Positions 1 to 12,510 of a stretch of DNA of 64,000 bases are shown piece after piece (the stretch's first letter is position 1; every line of letters begins with the position of its first letter). The DNA is from Sphyrna mokarran. Taxonomy: Eukaryota. A program made the position numbers and the translations under genes. The notes under the pieces are model-generated. The model saw only the letters and a list, made by a program, of their open reading frames with translations. It was not told where the DNA came from and ran no database searches. The stretch covers positions 1,922,001 to 1,986,000 of the forward strand of contig JAGIQG010000016.1 of NCBI GenBank assembly GCA_024679065.1, read 5' to 3'.

Positions 1-170
1 AACCCTACATATTACACCCACTAATCCCTCTAACCTACACATCCCTAGATACTAAGGGACAATTTCTTAGCATGGCTAATCAACCTAACCTGCACATCCC
101 AAGCTGGGAATCAAACCCAGGTCCTTGGAATTGTGAAGCAACAGTACTAACCATTGTGCAACTGTGCTAA
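1..170 (-). mobile_element. HE1-like tRNA-derived SINE (partial)
   Basis: Matches the copies at 25932-26259 and 30655-30980; reverse-complement tRNA head with A/B-box-like motifs. Confidence 0.8.
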
Positions 171-719
171 AGAAGAGTAAATAATGGCACGAAGATCACA
201 AAATTACGTTCTCTATTCCCACTGAGTAAATACTTCAAGAAGGGTGAGATATGTTATAGGAAGCTTATTTGTGCAATCACTGAAGTGGGCTGTTATGACA
301 CACTTCCCTCCAGGTAATGTCAAGATGTCAATCAGTCTTTCCAAGTAGTTCTTTCTATTTTGGGAATGTTTAGCTCTTCCACTGTTGATATTGACGAGTT
401 CAGCCTGTGTAGGCCTTCACCGCAAGGAGAATTTTTCAGGCTTGTTTGTCTGGTTTAGTGACAACTGAATCAAGAAACCAGGGACGGGTTTTTTTGGCTG
501 TTCTCACCCCAAAACCGGAAAATTCTGCCCAAAGCTTTGCACGGTCCGGCCCTACCCGCTACAATTCCCATGGCAGAAAGTATGGGAAAAATCTCTAGCA
601 TCACTCTGTATGCTGTTTAAACATTTTGCATTCGGACAGTAAGTCAGCTGTATCCCACAACAAACTGGGGAATTCTGTGGACATTTTGACAATATCCATT
701 TGTCTTTCCTTCCTGATAC

Positions 720-835
720 CTTTATGGATGAAAGGGGAATGGTTTAGGTTAGAGGGTCACTGCTTGTTCCTAATTGGTTGGCGCAACATCGAAGGCCGAA
801 GGGCCTGTTCTGTGCTGTAATGTTCTATGTTCTAT
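720..835 (+). mobile_element. Very short 3' end of young CR1/HER1-like LINE
   Basis: Same 3' UTR and (TTCTATG)n tail as 5060-5183. Confidence 0.85.
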
Positions 836-1204
836 GATATCTCCTGTTGTAGCTCCTTTGGTGCGTTTTTCCGAATCTCTTTCTGTTACAATCATAATGT
901 TCCTTGATCTGATTTTAGGATTGTTTTCTTTTGTTTGTTTTCCTTCTGCTTGATTCTTCCTCACTCACCATCAATCCAGCCTACACCCTGGTCACTCTCC
1001 TTTCTTGACTGAGCTAAAATAGTGCTCAGTGCTCAATGTGCTGTCCCACTCAGTGCAGTGAAATGAGAGGTAACGTGCTGTAATCTCACCACGGAGGTGG
1101 GGAGTGGGGAGAGCAGCAGGGTATTCATTCAGCTCTTTATTTGAGCGTTTCTGTGCAATCAAAGCTTTCTAGCAACACTTCACCAGTGATTGCCAATTCA
1201 ATTT

Positions 1205-1745
1205 AGAACTTTAGTTAGGCTGCACTTGGAATATAGTGTTCAGTTCTGGTTGCCACACTCCCAGAAGGATGTGGAGGCTTTGAGAGGATGCAGAAAAAAT
1301 TTACCAGGATGTTGCCTGGTTTGAAGGGCTTTAGCTACGAGGAGAGGTTGGAAAAAATTGATTTGTTCTCAATGGAACGATGGAGATTAAGGGGCGATCT
1401 GATAGAAGTCTACAAGATTATGAGAGGCATGAGTAGAGTGGATAGTCATAAGCTTTTTCCAGGGTGGAAGAGTCAATTACTAGGGGGCATAGGTTTAAAG
1501 TGCGAGGAGCAGATTCTTTATATAGAGGGTGGTGGGTGTCTGGAACTCGCTGCCGGGGTGGGGTAGTGGAAGCGGATACAGTAGTGACTTTTAAGTTGCA
1601 TCCTAACAAATACATGAATAGGATAGGAATAGAGGGATATGGTCCCTGGAGGATACAGGGTTTTAGTTCAGTCAGGTAGCATGGTCGATTCAGGCTTGGA
1701 GGTCCAAAGGGCCTGTTCCTATGCTGTAATTTTCTTTTCTGTTGG
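1205..1745 (+). mobile_element. CR1 LINE 3' fragment, older subfamily
   Basis: ORF2 C-terminus FTRMLPG..SYEERL..LRGDLIEVYK with frameshifts. Confidence 0.85.
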
Positions 1746-1870
1746 TTCAATAGTGTCAGATTGAGTTCAGAGTTCATCCTTGTAACAGTGCTTTCTCTTA
1801 TAGGACTGTGATTTCTATTTAAACTAATGCTTTGTTATATTTATTTAAAAGGACCCATTCTCTGTGTTAG

Positions 1871-2164
1871 ATTTCACAGATAAACCCACAATATTCCCTG
1901 CTGAAATTATTGCAGGAAAGCGTGTGAACGTAAGCTGCACCTTCAATACAACGTGCAATGGAACAGCACCTGTCTTAACCTGGGACACTCCCACTGACAT
2001 ACCTGGATCAGTCTCAAACACTGTAACTCAGCATGGTGTCACTGTGACCTATACTTCTGTTCTGACCCTGATCCCATCACCCGAACACCACGGAGACAAT
2101 CTCATCTGTAGAGTGAGATATCCATCTGTTTCATCGGAGCGGATCCTCGTACTAACTGTGTTGT
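1871..2164 (+). CDS. Siglec/MAG/CD22-like gene 1, C2-set (Siglec domain 2) exon; leader and V-set exons lie upstream of the window
   Basis: tgttag|AT..T|gtaagt, 294 bp, phase 1-1; FTDKPTIFPAEIIAGKRVNVSCTFNTTCNGTAPVLTW...LICRVRYP with the extra Cys used for the Siglec V-C2 interdomain disulfide. Confidence 0.93.
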
Positions 2165-2289
2165 GTAAGTACAGGCATCATCTATTCTACATTAGCCCGA
2201 ATGGTCTAGATTGTGCATGGGAAAATACCATAAAGGTATAACACATTGCAAAGGGATATTTGTCTTTAACTGCTTAAAAATTCACCACC

Positions 2290-2677
2290 GATGTTGCAGC
2301 ACTCCATTGGTTCAAACCCTCTGAGAGTGTGGCACTCCCTCAGTACTGACCCTCTGACTGTGCGGTACTCTCTCAGTGCTGGCCTTCTGAGAGTGTGGCA
2401 CTCCTTCAGCACTGACCCTCTGTCAGTGCGGCACTCCCTCAGCACTGACCCTCTGACAGTGCAACACTCCCTCAGCACTGACCCTCTGACAGTGCGGCAC
2501 TCCCTCAGTACTGACCCTCTGACAGTGCGGCACTCCTTCAGCACTGACCCTCTGTCAGTGCGGCACTCCCTCAGCACTGACCCTCTGACAGTGTGGCACT
2601 CCCTCAGCACTGACCCTCTGACAGTGCGGCACTCCCTCAGTACTGACCCTCTGACAGTGCGGCACTCCCTCAGTACT
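2290..2677. repeat. 33-bp minisatellite (CAGCACTGACCCTCTGACAGTGCGGCACTCCCT)n, about 11 copies
   Basis: Directly visible; gives 11-aa periodic ORFs. Confidence 0.95.
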
Positions 2678-2740
2678 TAACTGAAGTGAGTATTTGGATT
2701 TTGTACTTCGTGGTGCAATACACTACATTGATACAACAAT

Positions 2741-5183
2741 TTTAACTTTGCTAATATTGATTGGAATAGCTATAGCTCTAGCTCGTTAGAGGGGTCAGTT
2801 TTCGTACAGAGTGTGCAGGAAGGTTTTTTGACTCAGTATGTAGATAGGCCAACTAGAGGTGAGGCTACATTGGATTTGGTGCTGGGCAATGAGCCAGACC
2901 AGGTGTTAGGCTTGGAAGTTAGTGAACATTTTGGTGATAGTGACCACAATTCGGTTACGTTCACCTTAGTGATGGACAGGGATAGGCATGAAGCTGGGGG
3001 CAGTAGTTATAGCTGGGGGAAGGGTAATTATGAGGCCATCAGGAGAGAATTAGGGTGCATAGATTGGACTAGGGAACTACAGGGACTGGGAACATCTGGA
3101 ATGTGGTGCTTATTCAAGGAGCAGCTGCTGCGAGTCCTTGATAAGTATGTCCCTGTCAGGCAGGGAGGAAATGGACGAGTAAGAGAGCCTTGGTGTACGA
3201 AAAAAGTTGATTTGCTGGTTAAGAAGAAAAAGGAGGCTTATGTCAGGATGAGGCTTGAAGGCTCAGTTAGTGCAATGGATAGCTATAGATTAGCCAGGAA
3301 GGAGGTAAAAAGTGAATTGAGGAGAGCTAAGAGGGGACACGAGAAGATGTTGGCTGATAGGATTAAGGAGAATCCTAAAGCTTTCTTTCGATATGTTAAG
3401 AATAGAAGATTGGTTAGGGCAAGATTAGGGCCAGTCATAGATAGCAGTGGGAAGTTGTGCGTGGAGCCTGAAGAGATTGGCGAGGCACTGAATAAATATT
3501 TCTCTTCGGTATTCACGCAGAGTGCTGGAAATGTAGCTGTGGAGAGCACTGAGGTACAGGGTTGCAAATTGGGGAGTATTGTAGTAGATAGGGAGGATGT
3601 GTTAGAAATTCTCGAGGGTTTGAAGTTGGATAAGTCCCCTGGGCCGGACGGGATTTACCCTAGGATTCTCTGGGAGGCAAGAGAGGAGATTGCAGAGCCT
3701 CTGGCTCTGATCTTCAGGTCCTCGTTGGTTACGGGTGTGGTTCCGGAGGACTGGAGGATAGCGAATGTGGTCCCATTGTTTAAGAAGGGGAAGAGAGACC
3801 TTCCAGGGAATTATAGGCCAGTGAGTCTTACTTCTGTTGTGGGCAAGGTATTGGAGAGAATTATTAGGGATAGGATTTATAGTTATTTAGAGAGAAATGA
3901 ATTGATTGGGGATAGTCAGCATGGTTTCGTGAAGGGTAGGTCATGCCTTACTAACCTCATTGAGTTTTTTGAGAAAGTGACCAGAGAGGTGGATGGGGGT
4001 AAGGCGGTTGATGTAGTATATATGGACTTTAGTAAGGCTTTTGATAAGGTGGCCCATGGAAGACTTCTACAGAAAATGCAGATGTGTGGAATAGAGGGTG
4101 ATTTAGCTAATTGGATTAGAAATTGGCTGGCAGATAGAAGACAGAGGGTGGTGGTTGATGGGAGATTTTCATCGTGGAGTTCGGTGACGAGTGGTGTGCC
4201 TCAGGGGTCTGTTTTGGGGCCCCTGCTGTTTGTAATTTTTATAAATGATCTGGATGAGGGTATTGAGGGATGGATCAGTAAATTTGCAGATGATACTAAA
4301 GTTGGTGGTGTGGTAGATAGTGAAGAGGGGTGTTTTAGTTTACAGAGTGACTTGGACAAGTTGCAGAGCTGGGCCGAGAGGTGGCAAATGGAGTTTAATG
4401 TGGAAAAGTGTGAGGTAATGCACTTTGGCAGGAACAATAAATGTGTAGAGTATAGGGCTAATGGTAGGGCTCTTAATAGTGTTGAGGAACAGAAGGATCT
4501 TGGTGTATGTGTCAATAGATCCCTGAAAGTAGGCAGTCAAGTGGATAAAGTTGTTAAGAAGGCATATGGAGTCTTAGCTTTTATTGGTAGGGGGATTGAA
4601 TTTAGGAGCCGCAGCATCATGTTGCAGCTGTACAAAACTCTAGTGCGGCCGCACTTGGAGTATTGTGTGCAGTTCTGGTCGCCACATTATAAGAAAGATG
4701 TGGAGGCATTGGAGAGGGTACAGAGGAGGTTTACTAGGATGTTGCCTGGTATGGAGGGCAGGTCCTATGAAGAGAGGTTGAAGGATTTGAGGTTGTTTTC
4801 GTTAGAAAGGAGGCGGCTAAGGGGGGATCTTATTGAAACATATAAGATGATTAGAGGTTTGGATAGGGTGGACAGTGATAGCCTTTTTCCTAGGATGGAG
4901 AAAGCTAGCACGAGGGGACACAACTTTAAATTAAGGGGTATGAGTTATAGGACGGATATCAGAGGTAGGTTCTTTACTCAAAGAGTGATTAGGGAGTGGA
5001 ATGCCCTGCCTGCAGCTGTTGTAGATGCGCCAAGTTTGGTGGCGTTTAAGAGGTTAGTTGATAAGTATATGGATGGGAAGGGAATGGTTTAGTTAGGAGG
5101 GGCATTGCTTTTTATTTTGGTCGGCACAACATCGAAGGCCGAAGGGCCTGTTCTGTGCTGTATTGTTCTATGTTCTATGTTCT
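2741..5183 (+). mobile_element. Young 5'-truncated CR1 (HER1-like) LINE with uninterrupted ORF2 (end of endonuclease + RT)
   Basis: 759-aa open frame with LDLVL, SDHNSV, KSPGPDG, YRPVSLTS, GVPQGSVLGP, FADD; (TTCTATG)n tail; candidate TSD AATTTT at 2738-2743 and 5184-5189. Confidence 0.97.
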
Positions 5184-5257
5184 AATTTTCACATTCTCAG
5201 AGCTTCTCTCAGTGCCTTACAGTTGTTGCAATTTAACTGATCTTTATTTAATTTTAG

Positions 5258-5539
5258 ATGCACCTCAGAATCTCTCAATGACTTTTCCTGGCATGATTAA
5301 CTCTTCATCAATCAATATAACTGAGGGGAACTCGACCGTGTTAATCTGCTCTGTCGAGAGCTTCCCAGCTTCTAACCTGACCTGGAGACATCATAATGTC
5401 ACAGTGAACAGAACAAGCTCCAACAATGAGCTGTGGTTGGTGATTCCTCACATTACACCCAGGGACACTGGAGACTATCAGTGTGTGGCAGAGAATGAAC
5501 ATGGAGCAATAGAGGGGTCCATCACCATCACTGTGGAAC
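5258..5539 (+). CDS. Gene 1, Ig repeat exon 1 of 4
   Basis: ttttag|ATGCACCT..GAAC|gtgagt, 282 bp, phase 1-1; ICSVESFPASNLTW...DTGDYQCVAENEHG. Confidence 0.93.
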
Positions 5540-5853
5540 GTGAGTGTACAAAGACTGCAACATCACACGCACTCAAACACACTCTCATGCACACTCAAAA
5601 ACACATAGAAATATCTAGAGACAGACATGCACATCCTATGCTAAAATTCATGAAATATACACAGGGATACACAGACACTCAGACACCGTTTGTTAGTCAC
5701 TACATCCACCATCATCAATATTCAGCCCCTCTACCACTAATGCACAGTGGCAGCAGTTTGGATCATCCACACAGTGCACTGCATCAACTTGTCAATGTTC
5801 CTTCAACAGCAAGGCAAGGGCAGCAGATGCATGGGAACACCACTGCCAACAAG

Positions 5854-6188
5854 ATGATGAGGTTTAGATAGGGTGGATAATGATAGCCTTTTTCCTAGGA
5901 TGGAGAAAGCTAGCACGAGGGGACATAGCTTTAAATTAAGGAGTGGTGGTTATAGGACGGATGTCAGAGGTAGGTTCTTTACCCAGAGGGTGGTAAGAGT
6001 ATGGAATGCCCTGTCTGCGTAAGTTGTAGATGCGCCATGTTTGGTGGCGTTTAAGAAGTTAGTAGATAAGTTTATGGACGAAAAGGGAATGGTTTAGGTT
6101 AGAGGGTCATGGCTTTTTCCTAATTGGTCGGCGCAACATCGAAGGCCGAAGGGCCTGTTCTGCGCTGTAATGTTCTATGTTCTATGTT
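5854..6188 (+). mobile_element. Young CR1 3' fragment
   Basis: Matches 4845-5183; TSD AACAAG at 5848-5853 and 6189-6194. Confidence 0.92.
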
Positions 6189-6567
6189 AACAAGCTCCCC
6201 ACCAAGCTACTTACTATCTTGATTTGGAAATTTATTGGCTATTCCCTCACTGTCATTGGATTAGAATTCTTGAACTCTGTCCCCAACAGCACTCTGAATA
6301 TGGACTACAGCAGATCAAGAAGGCAACTCAGCTTATAATGGGGCAGTTAGGGATGGCAATGAATGCTGGTCTTATCAGCAATAAGCATATCTTGTATAAG
6401 AACAGTGAAAAACACACATACTCAGTGGACATTATAAATGTAACTTAGCAACTTATGCAGAGGAAAGATATCCTGAAATGCAAATAGATATCATATAAAG
6501 AGAGAAGAAGCATGGAGTCTTACTGTGCATTGTGTTTTCTCACAAGAAAATCTCCCTTTGTTCTTAG

Positions 6568-6849
6568 ACATACCACGGAATGTCTCACTGAGTTCCCCTG
6601 ATATGATTAATGGTTCATGGATCAATATAATTGAGGGGAATTCGACAGGGATCATCTGCTCTGTCGAGAGCTTCCCAGCTTCTAACCTGACCTGGAGACA
6701 TCTTAATATCGCAATGAACAGAACAAGATCCAACAATGAGCTGTGGTTGGTGATTCCTCATGTTACACCCAGGGACAGCGGAGTATATCAGTGTGTGGCA
6801 GAGAATGAACATGGAGCAGTGGAGGGATCCATCACCATCACTGTGGAAC
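6568..6849 (+). CDS. Gene 1, Ig repeat exon 2 of 4
   Basis: tcttag|ACATACC..GAAC|gtgagt, 282 bp, phase 1-1, intact Ig Cys/Trp/DxGxYxC. Confidence 0.93.
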
Positions 6850-6879
6850 GTGAGTGTGCACAGAGTTCCACATCTCACA

Positions 6880-6906
6880 AACACACACACACACACACAC
6901 ACATAC
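6880..6906. repeat. (CA)n microsatellite
   Basis: Directly visible. Confidence 0.9.
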
Positions 6907-7068
6907 ACGACAAAGTAGTCACTGGACTAGCAGCCCCTCCACCACCTTCAACATTCACTCCCTCCACCTGCGACGCAGTGACAGCTGTGTGTACCATCTA
7001 CGAGATGCACTGCAGCAATTCACCAAGGCTCCTTAGGCATCACCTTTCAAACACAGCACCTTTCTTAC

Positions 7069-10000
7069 TGAGGTAGCGTGCCTCATTAGGGGGCATGTTC
7101 TTGGAAGGTCATGTGATCCATTCAGCCAATTGGAGTGGAGGGCATGAATCATGGAACTGAGCATGAATGTTCCCTGCAGTCAGGAATCTGGAGTCATGGA
7201 ATACAATTGCTTTTATGTCACCCTTTTAAATAGTCATTTTCCTCTAATAAATTGTTCATCCATTGATCTACTTGGTGGTCACCCATCTTTGAAGGTACTT
7301 CATTTGGCGACAAGGATCAATGGGAGTGCCTTCCTATTGCTGCAGAAATCGGAGAGTAGACCTCGTGTGGTAAACAAGCAGCAAACATGTTCAACAACAT
7401 GTTCAAGTATTAAAATGCCCCTTTTTGGAAAACTTGACCCATTCAACCTAGCACTGAGCAGCGGGTGCAATATGTCAAAAGCATGCATTTTATTTAAGGC
7501 CAATTAAACCTGGAAGGAGGCAAGCAGCAGACAAATATAAATAGCTGATAAGGGATCTAACTTCTCCAGATGCACCCGACACCAAAATCTTTGAGGAGCT
7601 TGTTGAATTGATTAAGGATCATTACTGTCTCAGTGATCATTCAGTGATAAAATTTAATTTGACTGCAAGAACCCCAGGGGAGTGGATAACGGCATTCATG
7701 ACACACCTAAGGCAATTGGCTTAATAAAGTTTGGGTCTTCATTCAATGACATGCTGAGAGACAGATTAGTCTGCAGCATTAATAGTCAACCATTCAGAAT
7801 GGAGGTGGATACTGGTGCCTCCCTACAGTTATAGAACATAGAACATAGAACATTACAGCACAGAACAGGCCCTTCGGCCTTTGATGTTGCGCCGACCAAT
7901 ATAAAAAGCAATGCCCCTCCAAACTAAACCATTCCCTTCTCTTCCATATACTTATCAACTAACCTCTTAAACGCCACCAAACTTGGCGCATCTACAACTG
8001 CTGCAGGCAGGGCATTCCACTCCCGAACCACCCTTTGGGTAAAGAACCTACCTCTGATATCCGTCCTATAACTATCACCCCTTAATTTAAAGCTGTGTCC
8101 CCTCGTGCTAGCTTTCTCCATCCTAGGAAAAAGGCTATCACTGTCCACCCTATCTAAACCTCTAATCATCTTATATGTTTCGATTAGGTCCCCTCTTAGC
8201 CGCCTCCTTTCTAACGAAAACAACCTCAAATCCCTCAGCCTCTCTTCATAAGACCTGCCCTCCATACCAGGCAACATCCTGGTAAACCTCCTCTGTACCC
8301 TCTCCAATGCCTCCACATCTTTCTTATAATGTGGGGACCAGAACTGCACACAATACTCCAAGTGCGGCCGCACTAGAGTTTTGTACAGTTGCAACATGAC
8401 GTTGCGGCTCCGAAATTCAATCCCCCTACCAATAAAAGCTAAGACTCCATATGCCTTCTTAACAACCTTCTCGACATGACTGCCTACTTTCAGGGATCTA
8501 TGCACATACACACCAAGATCCCTCTGTTCATCTAGACTACTAAGAATCCTACCATTTGCCCTATACTCTACACATTTATTATTTCTGCCATAGTGCATTA
8601 CCTCACACTTTTCCACATTAAACTCCATTTGCCACCTCTCGGCCCAGCTCTGCAACTTGTCCAAGTCCCTCTGCAAACTATAACACCCCTCTTCACTATC
8701 TACCACTCCACCGACTTTAGTGTCATCTGCAAATTTACTAATCCATCCTTCAATACCCTCATCCAGATCATTTATAAAAATTACAAACAGCAGGGGCCCC
8801 AAAACAGACCCCTGAGGTACACCACTTGTCACCGAACTCCACGATGAATATCTCCCATCAACCACCACCCTCTGTCTTCTATCTGCTAGCCAATTCCTAA
8901 CCCAATTAGCTAAATCACCCTCTATCCCATACATCTGCATTTTCTGCAGAAGTCTTCCATGGGCCACCTTATCAAACGCCTTACTAAAGTCCATATATAC
9001 CACATCAACCGCCTTACCCCCATCCACCTCCTTAGTCACTTTTTCAAAAAACTCAATGAGGTTAGTAAGGCACGACCTACCCTTCACAAAACCATGCTGA
9101 CTATCTCCAATCAATTCATTACTCTCTAAATAACTATAAATCCTATCCCTAATTATTCTCTCCAACACTTTGCCCACCACAGAAGTAAGACTCACTGGCC
9201 TATAATTCCCTGGAACGTCTCTCTTCCCCTTCTTGAACAAATATAGAGGAACAAATATAGAGGAACAAATGTTTTGTTATTTACAAGGAGGAGTTCAGCC
9301 CCCTACAATTAAGAAGCATGATGGCTATGCTGGTAACATATATTGGGGATGATTTGAGGATCCTAGAAGCAGCAACAATGTCCCTAATTCACTAGCAGAA
9401 GTCAGCTCAACTGCATCTAATAATAAAAGGCCAGAAGCTCGGTTTAATGGGCTGAGCTTGGCTTCACCAAGTTAAATTAAATTGGATAGAAATCTTCAAG
9501 ACCTATAATGAAAACTTCCAGAATGTTTCCAAAAAGGATCAGGAGGTGTTTGAAGGTGAATTAGGCAAGTTTCAGGGTCTAAATGCAAATATGTGGCTGG
9601 GTCCTGAGACCATGGCCAAATTTAACAGAACCTGACCTATACCCATGCCTTACATGATAAAGTTGAGTCTGAACTCGAATCTGGAAGAATTAGACATTAT
9701 TAGGCCAGTACAGTTTTCGGAGTGGCCAACACATATCATGCCAGTAGTTAAGCCAGTCAGAACTATAGGGATTTGCAAGGACTACAAATTGACATTCAAT
9801 TAAGCATCAAAATTAGATAAATATCCAATACCAAGAATTGAAGATTTGCAAGCTAAATTTGCAGGAGGTTTAACTTATACTAAACTTGATATGAGCCATG
9901 TATATCAACAATTTGAATTAGATAAGGCGTCAACAGAACTTGTTACAATCAACACTCACAAAGACTTATACCAATGTACTTGGCTACTCTTCAGGGTATC

Positions 10001-10649
10001 ATCGGCATGTGAAATTTTCCAGCTCACGATGGAAAACTTACTACAGAATCTATTAAAGTTGGTTGTCTACCTAGACAACCAACTTTACTGATTACACAAG
10101 TGTCTGAAGAGGAACATCCAGCATATTTCAAAGAAACTTCAAAAAGATTTAAACAGGCCGGACTGAGGCTAAAAAGGGAAAAATGTACCTCTGGGCTCAA
10201 GAAATGACATGTTTAGGGTTCAGAGTAGATGCAAATGAGCTGTAACTTATGGAAGAGATTTCAAAGCAATTAAGGAAGTACCAGCCTCCTGAAATATATC
10301 AGAATTGAAATCTTTTTTAGGCATGGTAAGCTATTGTGGGTTCCTTATTCCCAATCTTTGGCACCCCAACACACACTGTTCAAGAAACACCAGAGAAGGT
10401 ATGGAAAGAATATCAGAAAGAGGTCTCTGAATGTATTTAACTGCAGTCATCCACTCTCTTAGTTAATCTTGACTCCTCAAAAGAGATAATTATTACTTGG
10501 GACATAGGTCTGTATGAAATCAGATAGGTTTTATCAAGTGTTGGAGGATGACAGCCTTTATATTACTCTCTATAAATAGATGTTTCCCTTTAAATATATT
10601 GTTCGTTCATCTTACTAGGTGCTCACCCAAATTTGAAGATATAAAGTCA
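7069..10649 (+). mobile_element. Degenerate Ty3/Gypsy LTR retrotransposon, interrupted by a CR1
   Basis: TG..CA LTR 7069-7302 followed by PBS TGGCGACAAGGAT (tRNA-Ser-like) at 7305-7317; gag start MPLFGKLDPF; protease EVDTGAS near 7800; RT AGG..TKLD..TINTHK..VVYLD at 9846-10091; partial 3' LTR ending 10649; the host repeat resumes on both sides. Confidence 0.85.
7831..9240 (-). mobile_element. Young 5'-truncated CR1 LINE with open RT frame
   Basis: 438-aa ORF nearly identical to 2813-5092; (CATAGAA)n tail at 7831; candidate TSD TATAGA. Confidence 0.97.
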
Positions 10650-11054
10650 CCTATCAGGACAAGGGCAACAGCTATATGGGAACACCACTGCCAACAGATT
10701 CCCAACCAAGCTATTTACCATCTTTATTTGGAAATTTATTGGCCATTCCCTCACGGTTATTGGATTAAAATCCTTGGACTCTGTCCCCAACAACACTCTG
10801 GGTGTATCTATGCCACATGGACTACAGCAACTCAGCTTCTAACGGGGAAATTAGGGATGGGCAAGAATGCTGGTCTTACCAGCAATGTGCACATCTTGTG
10901 AAAGAATAGTGAGAAACACACATATTCAGTAGTCATTGTAAATGTGACTTTGCAACTTATAAAGAGGAAAGACATCCTGAAATGCAAATAGACATCAGAT
11001 AAGGAAAGAGGAAGCATTGTGTTTTCTCACAATAAAATCTTCCTTTGTTTTTAG

Positions 11055-11336
11055 ACATACCACGGAATCTCTCAGTGAGTTCTCCTGATATGATGAATGA
11101 TTCATGGATCAATACAACTGAGGGGAATTCTATAGTGATAATCTGCTCTGTCGAGAGCTTCCCAGCTTCTAATCTGACCTGGAGACATTTTAATGTTCCA
11201 ATAAACAGAACAAGATCCAACAACGAGCTGTGGTTGGTGATTCATCACATTACATCCAAGGACACTGGAGATTATCAGTGTGTGGCAGAGAATGAACACG
11301 GAGCAGTGGAGGGGTCCATCACCATCACTGTGGAAC
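11055..11336 (+). CDS. Gene 1, Ig repeat exon 3 of 4
   Basis: ttttag|ACATACC..GAAC|gtgagt, 282 bp, phase 1-1. Confidence 0.93.
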
Positions 11337-11912
11337 GTGAGTATACACAGACTTCAACATCACACACACAAATGGGTATACATAATTAGGCATCTGTACA
11401 CAATCCCAGATATGCAGCAAAACCTGAATAAGAGTCAGCTTGAGATGAGAAGTGACAAATAACATTTGTGCTACCCAAGTGTCAGGCAACTCCTGTCTCA
11501 AATAAGAGATTTTAACAGTCTCCCCTTGACATTCAATGCTATTTACCATCGCTGACTCCCCCAGTATCAAAATCCTGGGGGTTACCACTGACCAGAAATC
11601 TAACTGTACCTAGCCATATCAACACTACATCAACAATCCAAGTTAGAGACTGGGAGTTCTGCAGTGAATAACTCACCACCATCTTTCCAAGGACGATTAG
11701 AAATGAATAAATGCTGTCTTAGCCAGCGACACTCAACATCCTGCGAATAAATAAAAACAAATACATGGGAGGAGAGACCACTGTCAATGTTGATATTGGA
11801 TTTTGCAATGAGGAAAGATATTTTAAAATGCAGATAGCTATCAGTAGAGAGTGATGAAGCATGGACCCTTGCTGGGTACTGAGTTTGCTCACAACGAAAT
11901 CTTTGTTTTTAG

Positions 11913-12194
11913 ATTCACCACGGAATGTCACAATGACTTCTCCTAATATGATTAACTCTTCATGGATCAATATAATTGAGGGGAATTTGACAGAGATAAT
12001 CTGTTCTGTCAAGAGCTTCCCAGCTTCTAACCTGACCTGGAGACATCTTAATGTTACAATGAACAGAACAAGATCGAACAATGAGCTGTGGTTGGTGATT
12101 CCTCACATTACATCCAGGGATACTGGAGACTATCAGTGTGTGGCAGAGAATGAACATGGAGCAGTGGAGGGGTCCATCACCATCACTGTGGAGT
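11913..12194 (+). CDS. Gene 1, Ig repeat exon 4 of 4
   Basis: ttttag|ATTCACC..GAGT|gtgagt, 282 bp, phase 1-1. Confidence 0.93.
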
Positions 12195-12510
12195 GTGAGT
12201 GTACAGATACATTCTTTTGTTCTTTACCATCGCGGTTTCAGCGAAGTCAATGGCATCGTTTTAATTCTTCACCAATTTTCTTCACCAGCTTTTGCTCACC
12301 TGTTCCAACCTGAGCTGATGTGACTCAGGCTCAGATTCTGTTCCAAGGAGATCAGAAATGAGGGAGGGAATTCCAGGTTGAGGGTCTAGGCAGTTGAAAG
12401 TATGACGCTAATGGCGGAATGATGAAGTCCGGAATTGGAGGAGCGCAGAGATCTTGGAGGATTAGCGGAGGTGGGGATGAGCTGCTGATTCTCCTGTGTT
12501 CCTGTTCCAG

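Noticed and set aside
2266-2680. Cys/His-rich repetitive ORFs (also 17913-18391, 38972-39232) resembling zinc-finger or keratin-associated proteins
   Set aside because: Translations of a 33-bp minisatellite, open in several frames and on both strands; two of the arrays lie inside gene 1 introns
2813-5092. 759-aa ORF as a host or domesticated gene
   Set aside because: 5'-truncated CR1 ORF2 with no true ATG start, a LINE tail and near-identical copies elsewhere in the window
6491-6736. Recurring antisense ORFs MLDLVLF.. (also 10957, 11719, 55700)
   Set aside because: Shadow frames of the duplicated Ig exons
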